Shown here: piece after piece, positions 1 through 8,992 of the stretch | How the letters are laid out: every line of letters begins with the position of its first letter | How positions within the stretch are numbered: position 1 is the stretch's first letter | Assembly: GCA_964613455.1 (NCBI GenBank) | Contig: CAZTGS010000001.1 | Coordinates: 64,806-128,805 of the forward strand | From: an uncultured Gammaproteobacteria bacterium | GTDB lineage: Bacteria > Pseudomonadota > Gammaproteobacteria > Magnimaribacterales > D2472 | Reading direction: 5' to 3' | DNA: 64,000 nt | Translations under genes and position numbers: made by a program | The notes under the pieces: model-generated | Told to the model about the DNA's origin: nothing | Seen by the model: only the letters and a program-made list of their open reading frames with translations | Database searches by the model: none

Positions 1-532
1 CAATTCTCTTAACAGCAATTATAGCTGAATTGTCGAAACGAATATTTCCACTACTTTTAATTAAATCAATATCAATAATGCGGCCATTTTTATTTATTGA
101 CATCCTTAATTCACAAATTAGTCCGTCTTGGATATTCTGAGGTTTTATCCAAGCACTCTGAATAAATTGAATGATCATGCCGCTGAATTGATCTATCAAA
201 TTCTGCTCAGAACTCTTAGAGATAAGGTTATCTTCCTTGATTAAATCTTTAATATCAGTCGACTGAATCACTGGAGTGAATTGAATTTTTTGATCGGTAA
301 TAGAGCTTTTTATTAACTCAATTTTCTTATCTTTAACTATTGGTTTAATCGAGTTAGTTTTAATCATTTTTTTTATTTCATCCTCAAAAAGAAGATTAAC
401 ACTAACAGGCTTGCTTAAAACAGGTCTATATTGCTTTTCTGCATAAAAGAAATCCATAAGATAAAGAATCATAATCGCATGTATTAGAAATGAAAAAAAA
501 GACGCAACAAGATAGTCAGTTTTAATCTGCAT
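1..532 (-). CDS. tolA: TolA-like envelope protein, 5' part of the gene (3' end lies beyond the window start)
   Basis: Absent from the ORF track because the window edge cuts it. Manual minus-strand translation from ATG 532-530 (overlapping the last codons of tolR) gives MQIKTDYLVASFFSFLIHAIMILYL (TM anchor) ... LIKSSGNIRFDNSAIIAVKRI (TolA/TonB C-terminal-domain-like). It follows tolQ-tolR. Confidence 0.7.
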   Translation of the reverse strand, partial: MQIKTDYLVASFFSFLIHAIMILYLMDFFYAEKQYRPVLSKPVSVNLLFEDEIKKMIKTNSIKPIVKDKKIELIKSSITDQKIQFTPVIQSTDIKDLIKEDNLISKSSEQNLIDQFSGMIIQFIQSAWIKPQNIQDGLICELRMSINKNGRIIDIDLIKSSGNIRFDNSAIIAVKRI

Positions 533-944
533 AACCAGTAGTTACAATTCCAATTTTAGTTATACCAACGCTTTGAACAGCTGCCATGGCCTTTGCAACA
601 CTATCAAAAATTACTCCTTTATCACTTTGAAAAACAACTTCAATCTCTGGGTTTGCTTCAAAAATAACAATAGATTTTCTTTTAAGCTCATCAAGGTCAA
701 TTGGTAAAGTTTCATCGCCAACGTTTAAAAAATATTTACCTGAGATATCAATAGAAATTACCAAGGGCTCATTTTGGACTGTCATTTTAGTTGTATCTGT
801 TTTAGGGAGATTAACTTCAATTCCTTGAATTAATAACGGTGATAGCACCATAAATATAATCAAAAGGACTAGCATAACGTCAATATATGGAACTACGTTT
901 ATCTCTGCTTTCAGTTCTTTCTTTTTTGCTAATCTATAAATCAT
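522..944 (-). CDS. tolR: Tol-Pal system protein TolR (ExbD/TolR family)
   Basis: 140-aa ORF with a single N-terminal TM (VVPYIDVMLVLLIIFMV) typical of ExbD/TolR. It abuts tolQ with no gap. Confidence 0.85.
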   Translation of the reverse strand: MIYRLAKKKELKAEINVVPYIDVMLVLLIIFMVLSPLLIQGIEVNLPKTDTTKMTVQNEPLVISIDISGKYFLNVGDETLPIDLDELKRKSIVIFEANPEIEVVFQSDKGVIFDSVAKAMAAVQSVGITKIGIVTTGYAD

Positions 945-1616
945 TTATTTTTTAACTGACTGCTTATAAAAAATACTTGCAAGTTCTTCAGAAAAAATTA
1001 ATGTTGATTGGCTCATAGTTTCTAACTCAGAAGTATATTTATTAAAGGCAATCACTGCAGGTATTGCTGCGAACAATCCCATAGCAGTAGCAACCAATGC
1101 CTCTGATATGCCTGGAGCAACTGCATTTATAGTCGCTTGAGTTGCATCAGATAAACCTTGAAACGAGGTCATAATGCCCCAGACTGTTCCAAGTAATCCT
1201 ATATATGGGCTTACAGAGCCAACATTTGCTAGAAATGGTAGGTGTTTATTCATCTCCTCTTCATCTGAAGCAATTGCAACTCTCATACAGCGATTGATTC
1301 CCTCAAGATCAAGTTCTGTAATTGCTTCATTTGAACTAATACTCTTGAATTCTATAAACGCGCTTTTAAATACGCTTAAAGATCCATATAGAGGAATATC
1401 TTCATTAACTATTTCCTCAAAAAGAGTATTTAAATCCTCTCCACTCCAAAATCTTTTATGAAAACTTGAATTAATATCCTTAATCTTTTTATAAAAATTG
1501 TATCTTTCAACAATAACTATCCATGTTAATAAAGAAGCTATTAGAAGTATCATCATTACAATTTTTACTACAAGTCCCGCTTCAAGAAAAAGGTTTATTA
1601 CAGATATGTCATTCAT
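945..1616 (-). CDS. tolQ: Tol-Pal system protein TolQ (MotA/TolQ/ExbB family)
   Basis: 223-aa three-TM protein with GLLGTVWGIMTSF and a C-terminal TM pair typical of TolQ/ExbB. Operon position is between ybgC and tolR. Confidence 0.9.
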   Translation of the reverse strand: MNDISVINLFLEAGLVVKIVMMILLIASLLTWIVIVERYNFYKKIKDINSSFHKRFWSGEDLNTLFEEIVNEDIPLYGSLSVFKSAFIEFKSISSNEAITELDLEGINRCMRVAIASDEEEMNKHLPFLANVGSVSPYIGLLGTVWGIMTSFQGLSDATQATINAVAPGISEALVATAMGLFAAIPAVIAFNKYTSELETMSQSTLIFSEELASIFYKQSVKK

Positions 1617-2037
1617 TTTCTTTGCCTCTGTTAAAGATTAATAATAAATCATCAGGGAATGGTTTTGGTTTTTTTGTCTCAATATTTATAAAACAAACTT
1701 CAACAACTCCATCACATACTAATTTACTCTCTTTATTACTAATAATTTTTTGATTAAATATCATGCGTGCATTAGATTTCTTTTCTACTGAGGTTTGAAC
1801 TATTAGTTCATCATTTAGTTTGGCAGGAAACAGGTAGTCTATTTCTATTTTCTTTATAACAAAGCCAAACCCCTCCTCTCTTAGTATTTCTTGATGAATA
1901 TTATTACTTAACAGAAAATCTGAACGAGCTCTCTCAAAAAATTTTATATAGTTTGCATGATAAACAAATCCTTGGAAATCAGTATCCTCTACATATATAT
2001 TTAAAGAAAAATCTTTATGCTTGAAAATTTTGTTCAT
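1609..2037 (-). CDS. ybgC: Acyl-CoA thioesterase YbgC (4HBT hot-dog fold)
   Basis: Contains the YVEDTDFQGFVYHANY motif. The track ORF extends to 2067, but the internal ATG at 2037 (MNKIFKHKDFSLNIYVEDTD) gives the same 14-aa spacing to the motif as E. coli YbgC. First gene of the tol operon. Confidence 0.85.
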   Translation of the reverse strand: MNKIFKHKDFSLNIYVEDTDFQGFVYHANYIKFFERARSDFLLSNNIHQEILREEGFGFVIKKIEIDYLFPAKLNDELIVQTSVEKKSNARMIFNQKIISNKESKLVCDGVVEVCFINIETKKPKPFPDDLLLIFNRGKENE

Positions 2038-2440
2038 GTAGTTCAATGTCTTTCTGAAATAACTCAAGAATAATCTGGATGAAATCAGGCCATAACAAAT
2101 CTACAGTAACTAAATTATTTTTGATCTTATCATTGATAGAAGATGCAAGAACTCTTACCTTTATAGGTCTATTATTAAATTTATATACTAGAGCTGGCTT
2201 TAGGTTTGCTCCTTTTGAGGAAGCTAGGACCTGTTCCCACCAATCAGGTCTTGGTTCTGCACCAGAACCATATGCCTTGCATTCTATACACCAGTTTCCA
2301 AGCATTAAATCAGGAAGTTCTTTGGTTCTAGTCTGCTCAAGAATTCTTTTAACGGGGTTTGTCAAACTCAAATCTTGAATTAAAGCATTTGCTATTTGCC
2401 TTTCAAAAGTTGCGCCTTTATTTCTTGAATTAATAGTCAA
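2015..2440 (-). CDS. PD-(D/E)xK nuclease resembling Hjc-type Holliday junction resolvases (putative)
   Basis: 141-aa ORF with a TTG start at 2440, the only canonical start upstream of the motif. The start lies 3 nt after the yebC stop and in the same frame, and the 3' end overlaps ybgC by 23 nt. Motifs NKGATFERQI (E13), LPDLMLG (D44), WCIECK (E53-x-K55) and KPALVYKF fit the Hjc pattern KGxxxERE...D...ExK...AVKF. Function is inferred and not verified by search. Confidence 0.6.
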   Translation of the reverse strand: MTINSRNKGATFERQIANALIQDLSLTNPVKRILEQTRTKELPDLMLGNWCIECKAYGSGAEPRPDWWEQVLASSKGANLKPALVYKFNNRPIKVRVLASSINDKIKNNLVTVDLLWPDFIQIILELFQKDIELHEQNFQA

Positions 2441-2443
2441 TGT

Positions 2444-3181
2444 TTACTCTGTTAACTCAAAATTTTCAGGAAATTCAGCATTAGTGTGAACTTCTTGAAC
2501 ATCATCCAGCTCATCCATGAAATCCATTATTTTGAGAACCTTTTCTGACATTTCCTGTTCAATGGCTACCGATGTTTCTGCTCTGAGAGTTAACTCAGCA
2601 TTAACATTTTCAATATTGTTGTTTTTAAGAGCCTCTAAAACATTGCTAAGTTCTGAGTTACTGGTAATAATTTCAAAATACTCGCCCTCATCAACTAAAT
2701 CATCAGCACCAGAATCAAGAACTATTTCCATCAATGATTCCTCAGAATAGTTTTTTGAGATATGAATGATTCCTATTTTGTTAAATAAGTATGAGACCGA
2801 TCCATCTGTGCCTAAGTTTCCACCAAATTTAGAAAAAGCATGACGAACATCAGATACAGTTCTATTTCTATTATCTGACATTGTTTCAACTAATATAGCT
2901 ACTCCGCCTGGACCATAACCTTCAAGTGTAATTTCTTCTAAAGCCCCGGATTCTCCAGTACCAGAACCTTTTTCGATAGCTCTTTTAATATTATCTTTGG
3001 GCATGTTTGCTGCATTTGCTTTATCTAATGCAAGTCTAAGTCTTGGATTGTCGTCAGGATCAGGACCACCTTTAGCTGCTACTGTTATTTCTCTTATTAC
3101 CTTAGTCCAAACTTTGCCCCTTGAAGCATCCTGTCGAGCTTTTCGATGTTTTATATTTGCCCATTTGGAGTGTCCGGCCAT
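2444..3181 (-). CDS. yebC: YebC/PmpR (TACO1) family protein
   Basis: Has the hallmark N-terminus MAGHSKWANIKHRKARQD, is 245 aa, and lies downstream of aspS as in Pseudomonas. Confidence 0.95.
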   Translation of the reverse strand: MAGHSKWANIKHRKARQDASRGKVWTKVIREITVAAKGGPDPDDNPRLRLALDKANAANMPKDNIKRAIEKGSGTGESGALEEITLEGYGPGGVAILVETMSDNRNRTVSDVRHAFSKFGGNLGTDGSVSYLFNKIGIIHISKNYSEESLMEIVLDSGADDLVDEGEYFEIITSNSELSNVLEALKNNNIENVNAELTLRAETSVAIEQEMSEKVLKIMDFMDELDDVQEVHTNAEFPENFELTE

Positions 3182-3184
3182 CTA

Positions 3185-4951
3185 TTAATCTTCCTTGTAT
3201 GTACTAATTATTTTTAATTCTTCTAATTGCGCATCATCAACTTTACTCGGCGCATCTGTTAATAAACAGGTTGCACTTTGAGTTTTTGGAAATGCAATTA
3301 CATCTCTAATATTTGTAGTATTTGTAATGAGCATGACAATTCTATCTAACCCAAAAGCAATTCCTCCATGAGGAGGACATCCAGATGAAAGTGCTTTAAG
3401 TAGAAATCCGAATTTATTATCCGCTTCTTCATCAGAAATATTTAATATGTCAAAAATTGCTTTTTGCATATCAGCATCAAAAACTCTCAAAGAGCCTCCA
3501 CCAATTTCATAGCCGTTAAGAACAATGTCGTACGCATGAGCTATAGATTTTTCTGGTGAATTTTTCAATTCATCAACGGAACAATCAGGAAGCGTGAATG
3601 GATGGTGAAGTGAGGTTAGGTTCCCCTCTCCATTTTTTTCAAACATTGGAAAGTCGACCACCCAACAAGGAGCCCATTTACAAGAATATAATTCTAAGTC
3701 TTCACCTATTTTTTTGATCAAGCTGCTCATGCTTAGATTAACAACTGAGTCTTTGCCTGCACCAAAAAATAATAAATCATCATTTTCTAGATCTAGATCA
3801 TTAACTAAGGCAGATATAGTCTCATTTTTTAAGAATTTTAAGATTGGTGATTGAAGTCCATTCTCTAGATCGTTCTTATCATTAACTTTTATATAAGCTA
3901 GTCCTTTGGCACCTAATTTAGAAACAAAATTTGTATATTCATCTATCTGGCCTCTTGAAAGAGAATTTCCACCAGGGATTTTTAGTGCAACTACTCTAGA
4001 ATTATCGTCTTTAGCTGGCTCTGCAAAAACTTTAAACTCTTCATTTTTTACTAAATCAGAAATTTCAACTAATTTTAAAGGTATTCTTAAATCAGGTTTA
4101 TCACAACCAAAATCTCTCATTGAATCATGCCAGTCTAATATTGGAAAAGTATCTAAAGTATCTCCACAGAATCTTTCTACTAAGCCCTTTATCATCCCCT
4201 CACCAATTTCCATAATATAGTTTTGATCAATAAACGATGCTTCTATATCTATTTGAGTAAATTCAGGTTGACGATCTGCTCTTAAATCTTCATCTCTAAA
4301 ACATCTTGCTATTTGATAATATTTATCAAGTCCACCCATCATTAATAATTGTTTAAATAACTGAGGTGATTGTGGTAGTGCGAAAAATTTACCAGACTGA
4401 ACTCTGCTAGGAAGAATAAAATCTCTAGCCCCCTCTGGGGTAGCTCTAGTTAGTATAGGTGTTTCTATTTCATGGAAATCGTTATCATCCAAGTAGTTTC
4501 TAATCATTGAACTTATTTTTGATCTAGTAACAATTCTTTGATTCATCTCAGGCCTTCTTAAATCTAAAACTCTATTCTTAAGGCGAACATCCTCATTTAC
4601 ATCTTGATAATCATCCAAAGGAAATACAGGAGTAACAGCTTTACTTAAAATATTTATATTTTTAGCTTCAAGTTCGATTTCACCTGTAATCATGTTCTTA
4701 TTTATTGTTCCTTCAAGTCTAGCTCTTACTGTTCCAGAAATTTCAACAACAAATTCATTTCTTAAAGTTTCTGCAATAGAGAAAGACTTAGCATTGTCAG
4801 GATTAATAACTGCCTGGCAGATACCTTTTATATCTCTTACATCAAGAAAAATCACACCACCATGATCACGTCTTTTATGAATCCAACCACATATAGTTAC
4901 TTCTTCATTAAGATTCTTGGATGTAATTTCCCCACAATAATGAGATCTCAT
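3185..4951 (-). CDS. aspS: Aspartate--tRNA ligase
   Basis: 588 aa, bacterial-type class IIb aaRS with an N-terminal OB fold (VTICGWIHKRRDHGGVIFLDVRD), motif 2 FRDEDLRADRQPEFTQID and motif 3 GGIAFGLDR. Confidence 0.97.
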   Translation of the reverse strand: MRSHYCGEITSKNLNEEVTICGWIHKRRDHGGVIFLDVRDIKGICQAVINPDNAKSFSIAETLRNEFVVEISGTVRARLEGTINKNMITGEIELEAKNINILSKAVTPVFPLDDYQDVNEDVRLKNRVLDLRRPEMNQRIVTRSKISSMIRNYLDDNDFHEIETPILTRATPEGARDFILPSRVQSGKFFALPQSPQLFKQLLMMGGLDKYYQIARCFRDEDLRADRQPEFTQIDIEASFIDQNYIMEIGEGMIKGLVERFCGDTLDTFPILDWHDSMRDFGCDKPDLRIPLKLVEISDLVKNEEFKVFAEPAKDDNSRVVALKIPGGNSLSRGQIDEYTNFVSKLGAKGLAYIKVNDKNDLENGLQSPILKFLKNETISALVNDLDLENDDLLFFGAGKDSVVNLSMSSLIKKIGEDLELYSCKWAPCWVVDFPMFEKNGEGNLTSLHHPFTLPDCSVDELKNSPEKSIAHAYDIVLNGYEIGGGSLRVFDADMQKAIFDILNISDEEADNKFGFLLKALSSGCPPHGGIAFGLDRIVMLITNTTNIRDVIAFPKTQSATCLLTDAPSKVDDAQLEELKIISTYKED

Positions 4952-4964
4952 AATTTTTCCTTAT

Positions 4965-5255
4965 TTATTTAGTAATCTTATCTTGTTTAGGCACTTTCTT
5001 GGAGTCTGAAGGTGTATTTTCTGAAGATTTATCTGAAGACTTGCTGTCATTTGATAAAAGATTCTTTTTATTGCCTGTTTTGAAGTCTGTTTCATACCAT
5101 CCTCCTCCTTTAAGTCTAAATGAAGGGGCGGAAACCATTTTGCTTAAGGTTTCTTTGCTACAACTAGGGCATAGCTTTCTAGGCTCATCACTAAGCTTTT
5201 GAATTACTTCAATCTGATGTTCACAATCTGAACATTTATAATCATAAATCGGCAT
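4965..5255 (-). CDS. FmdB-family zinc-ribbon protein
   Basis: MPIYDYKCSDCEH...CPSC, two CxxC pairs at the N-terminus followed by a low-complexity Ser/Lys tail. Confidence 0.8.
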   Translation of the reverse strand: MPIYDYKCSDCEHQIEVIQKLSDEPRKLCPSCSKETLSKMVSAPSFRLKGGGWYETDFKTGNKKNLLSNDSKSSDKSSENTPSDSKKVPKQDKITK

Positions 5256-5318
5256 AAGTCCCCAAAAAAAGATAAAATTATAAACTATAAGGATTTATAC
5301 ATATAACTAAATTATAAA

Positions 5319-6599
5319 ATGTTGTTTTCAAAAATTTTACTACCTACATTAAAAGATGCCCCTCAAGAGGCTGAAGTTGTCAGTCATAAACTTATGCTAA
5401 GAGCTGGGATGATAAGGAAAGTTGCCTCAGGTATCTATATATGGCTTCCAATGGGTTTGAAAGTCTTAAGAAAAATAGAAAATATTGTAAGGGAAGAGAT
5501 GAATGCATCTGGGGCTCAAGAAGTTTTCATGCCTATGGTTCAACCAAAAGAATTATGGAATGAGACAAATAGATGGGACAAGATGGGTCCTGAGCTTTTA
5601 CGAATAAAAGATAGACATGATAGAGACTTTTGTTTAGGGCCCACTCATGAGGAAGTTATAACTGATCTAATTAGAAATACTGTAAAAAGTTATAAAGAGC
5701 TTCCGTTAAATATTTATCAAATCCAGACAAAATTTAGAGATGAGATAAGGCCAAGATATGGCGTGATGAGAGGAAGAGAATTCCTAATGAAAGATTCCTA
5801 TAGTTTTAATGCTGATGAAGAATGTCTTCAAGAAACATATTTAAATATGAGAAATACCTATAAAAATGTTTTAGGAAGAATGGGTCTTGATTATAAAATA
5901 GTAGCAGCGGACTCAGGCGCAATAGGAGGAGATGCCTCTGAAGAATTTCATGTATTAGCTGAAAATGGTGAAGATACTATTGCTATAAGTGATGCCTCTG
6001 AATTTGCTATTAATACTGAACTCTTGCTCAAAGATGGTGAGGATATAGAATCCCTAGCAGGCAAGCCATCTCCTGATGGGAAAGGAGTTATACAAATCAA
6101 AAAAGGCATCGAAGTCGGTCATATCTTTAAATTAGGGAAGATTTATGCAGACCAGATGAAGGCGAACGTTCTAAATAAAGAAGGTAAAGCATCAACTCTT
6201 TATATGGGTTGTTATGGCATTGGTGTTTCAAGGCTTGTAGCTGCAGCTATTGAACAAAACAATGATGATAAAGGAATTATTTGGCCTCATAGTATTGCAC
6301 CATTTGATATCAACATAGTAGCAATCGGTTATGAAAAAAATGAAGAAATAGCAGAGGCAGCGAACAAGCTATATACAGACCTTTCAAATATGGGGTATGA
6401 CGTATTACTTGATGATAGAAAAGATGGTTACGGTACTAAAATGAAAGATTCTGAACTCATTGGAGTGCCTCTTAACATAATTATTGGTAAGCAATATTTA
6501 GAAAATAAAGAGGTAGAATTAAAGTCTAGATCTGGAGAGAGCTCAGTTAATAACATCTCTGAAATGGAAACTATTCTAAACTTCTTTAAAAATAAATAA
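5319..6599 (+). CDS. proS: Proline--tRNA ligase, short form lacking the INS editing domain
   Basis: Bacterial-type N-terminus ([27 protein letters not shown]), motif 2 [21 protein letters not shown] and motif 3 [10 protein letters not shown]. Only about 26 aa lie between FAINTELL and GIEVGHIF, where E. coli carries a roughly 180-aa INS domain. Confidence 0.9.
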   Translation: MLFSKILLPTLKDAPQEAEVVSHKLMLRAGMIRKVASGIYIWLPMGLKVLRKIENIVREEMNASGAQEVFMPMVQPKELWNETNRWDKMGPELLRIKDRHDRDFCLGPTHEEVITDLIRNTVKSYKELPLNIYQIQTKFRDEIRPRYGVMRGREFLMKDSYSFNADEECLQETYLNMRNTYKNVLGRMGLDYKIVAADSGAIGGDASEEFHVLAENGEDTIAISDASEFAINTELLLKDGEDIESLAGKPSPDGKGVIQIKKGIEVGHIFKLGKIYADQMKANVLNKEGKASTLYMGCYGIGVSRLVAAAIEQNNDDKGIIWPHSIAPFDINIVAIGYEKNEEIAEAANKLYTDLSNMGYDVLLDDRKDGYGTKMKDSELIGVPLNIIIGKQYLENKEVELKSRSGESSVNNISEMETILNFFKNK

Positions 6600-6600
6600 A

Positions 6601-6624
6601 TTCTAGTTATTTATATAACTAGAA
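6601..6624. terminator. Perfect 10-bp hairpin between the convergent proS and thiolase genes (putative bidirectional terminator)
   Basis: TTCTAGTTAT-ttat-ATAACTAGAA. The T-rich flank (tttatttattt) lies on the minus-strand side, so it is better placed for the thiolase transcript. Confidence 0.5.
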
Positions 6625-6627
6625 ACT

Positions 6628-7806
6628 TTACAGCCTTTCAATAATAGTAGCATTTGCAGTTCCACCGCCTTCACATATTGCTTGGAGTGCATACTTGCCT
6701 TCTCTTCGCTCTAATTCATGAACCATAGTAGTCATGAGCTTTGTACCTGTTGCGCCTAGAGGATGCCCTAGAGCAATAGCTCCTCCGTTTACGTTAAGTT
6801 TATCTTTATCTGCATCAAGCTCGATAGCCCATGCAAGAGGCACGGGTGCAAAAGCTTCATTTACTTCATAAATGTCCATATCTGTTATAGATAAATTTGC
6901 TTTTTTAAGTGCAAGCTTCGATGCTGGAATTGGACCAGTGAGCATAAATATAGGATCGTCTCCAACAACAGTTATAGTTTTAATCAATGCACGAGGATCA
7001 GATTTAATTTTTTTAAGGCCAGCATCATTGCAAACCATAATAGCTGAAGCACCATCAGTGATTTGACTGGCATTGCCAGCAGTAATAACGCCGCCTTCAG
7101 TTACAGTTTTAAGACCTGATAACGCTTCAATGGAAGCATCATAGCGAATTCCTTCATCAGCCATAATCATAGATTCATTACCATTATCATTCTTTCCTTG
7201 TAGAACAAGTATTTCTTTATTAAAAAAGCCAGCTTTTGAAGCTGCTGCTGCTTTGAGATGACTTTGAAATGCAAATTGGTCTAAATCTTCTCTAGATAAA
7301 TTCCATTTATCAGCCACTAATTCTGCTCCTGTAAACTGTGAAAAGAAAACACCTGGATATCTTTTCTCAATACCTTCGGCATTAAATGGAAATCCATGTC
7401 CTGCATTCATTCCATCTGTAACACTAGCTCCAATAGGAACTATAGACATGACTTCAACTCCTCCTGCTATGACGATATCTTGAGTTCCAGACATAACAGC
7501 CTGAGCGGCGAAATGGAGAGCTTGTTGAGAAGATCCGCATTGTCTATCAATAGTAGTTCCAGGAACAGATTCCGGTAAAGAAGATGCAAGCACAGCATTT
7601 CTAGCTAAGTTTCCTGATTGAGCTCCTACTTGATCTACACACCCAAAAATAACATCATCAATATCCTTAGGATCAACTCCCGAAAGCCTTACGAGTTCAT
7701 CTAAAACTGCTGCACCCATATCTGCTGGATGCCATTTACTCAATGAACCGTTTTTTTTGCCACCAGGTGTTCTAGTAGCAGCCACAATATATGCTTTTTC
7801 AGCCAT
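6628..7806 (-). CDS. Acetyl-CoA C-acyltransferase (thiolase)
   Basis: 392 aa with N-terminal [11 protein letters not shown], active-site Cys context [10 protein letters not shown] and C-terminal [13 protein letters not shown]. Confidence 0.9.
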   Translation of the reverse strand: MAEKAYIVAATRTPGGKKNGSLSKWHPADMGAAVLDELVRLSGVDPKDIDDVIFGCVDQVGAQSGNLARNAVLASSLPESVPGTTIDRQCGSSQQALHFAAQAVMSGTQDIVIAGGVEVMSIVPIGASVTDGMNAGHGFPFNAEGIEKRYPGVFFSQFTGAELVADKWNLSREDLDQFAFQSHLKAAAASKAGFFNKEILVLQGKNDNGNESMIMADEGIRYDASIEALSGLKTVTEGGVITAGNASQITDGASAIMVCNDAGLKKIKSDPRALIKTITVVGDDPIFMLTGPIPASKLALKKANLSITDMDIYEVNEAFAPVPLAWAIELDADKDKLNVNGGAIALGHPLGATGTKLMTTMVHELERREGKYALQAICEGGGTANATIIERL

Positions 7807-7840
7807 AAAAAAATCCCTATTAAATTAATTCAATAGGGAT
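7807..7840 (-). terminator. Rho-independent terminator-like hairpin after recA
   Basis: On the minus strand: ATCCCTATT-10 nt loop-AATAGGGAT followed by TTTTTTT. The T-tract runs directly into the thiolase ATG at 7806. Confidence 0.55.
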
Positions 7841-7860
7841 TAGTGTATCAACAAAAAAAA

Positions 7861-8877
7861 TTATTTTGTAGGATTAGCTTTGCTAACTATATAAGTTTCT
7901 TTAATTTCTTTTAGTAAGTCTTCACGAATCTTTGCATTTTCCTTCAAGAACATACTAGCCTTCACTTTACCTTGGCCAATGGTTTCGCCATTCAACTTAT
8001 AAAAAGCCCCAGACTTTTCTATTAATCCTAATTTATTTCCATAGTCTAGGATCTCTCCTTCAGAGTTAATTCCTAAACCATACATAATTTGAAATTCAGC
8101 TTGTTTGAATGGAGGGGAAACTTTATTCTTTACAACCTTGACTCTTGTTTCGTTACCCATTATTTCATCGCCTTCTTTTACAGCACCAATTCTTCTAATA
8201 TCTAGCCTTACTGAAGAATAAAATTTTAAAGCGTTGCCACCAGAAGTTGTTTCTGGACTTCCGAACATAACTCCAATTTTCATTCTAATTTGATTAATAA
8301 ATACTACTGTAGCTCCAGACCTTTGAATGTTTCCTGTTATCTTTCTTAGCGCCTGAGACATTAAACGAGCCTGCAGTCCAACATGGTGATCTCCCATCTC
8401 TCCTTCAATTTCTGCTCTTGGAACAAGTGCTGCAACTGAATCAATAATAACTAGATCTACACTATTAGATTTAACTAACATATCAGCAACTTCTAGAGCC
8501 TGTTCGCCAGTATCAGGTTGAGATAATAAAAGCTCATCAACATTTACACCTAATTTTTCTGCATATTGAGGATCTAATGCATGCTCTGCATCGATAAACG
8601 CACAAGTTCCTCCATCTTTTTGACACTCAGCAATAATTTGCAATGTTAGTGTTGTTTTCCCTGATGATTCAGGACCATATATTTCTGTAACTCTACCTCT
8701 TGGTATGCCGCCTATTCCAAGTGCTATGTCCAGACCAACTGAACCAGTAGATATTGATGGAATATCAACAATTTCTTTGTCTCCCATTCTCATAACGGTA
8801 CCTTTACCGAAATGACTATCTATATCCGCAAGTGTGTCTTTTAACGATTTACTGCCTGTATCTTTTGATTTTGCCAT
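7861..8877 (-). CDS. recA: Recombinase RecA
   Basis: 338 aa with Walker [10 protein letters not shown] and [14 protein letters not shown], unmistakable RecA. An AGGAG Shine-Dalgarno sequence lies upstream. Confidence 0.98.
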   Translation of the reverse strand: MAKSKDTGSKSLKDTLADIDSHFGKGTVMRMGDKEIVDIPSISTGSVGLDIALGIGGIPRGRVTEIYGPESSGKTTLTLQIIAECQKDGGTCAFIDAEHALDPQYAEKLGVNVDELLLSQPDTGEQALEVADMLVKSNSVDLVIIDSVAALVPRAEIEGEMGDHHVGLQARLMSQALRKITGNIQRSGATVVFINQIRMKIGVMFGSPETTSGGNALKFYSSVRLDIRRIGAVKEGDEIMGNETRVKVVKNKVSPPFKQAEFQIMYGLGINSEGEILDYGNKLGLIEKSGAFYKLNGETIGQGKVKASMFLKENAKIREDLLKEIKETYIVSKANPTK

Positions 8878-8888
8878 CTTAGTCTCCT

Positions 8889-8908
8889 TACTGTATGTTT
8901 ATACAGTA
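8889..8908 (-). promoter_or_regulatory. LexA (SOS) box upstream of recA
   Basis: TACTGTATGTTTATACAGTA is a perfect CTGT-N8-ACAG palindrome (gamma/beta-proteobacterial consensus), 12 nt upstream of the recA ATG. It overlaps a candidate -10 (TATACT) with TTGAAT 16 nt further upstream. Confidence 0.8.
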
Positions 8909-8992
8909 TAATATAAAAAACGTAGAATTCAAATACTTTTCTATATATTTGTTTTCTTGTAAGTTAAAATCAGACCACTTTAATAAAATATT

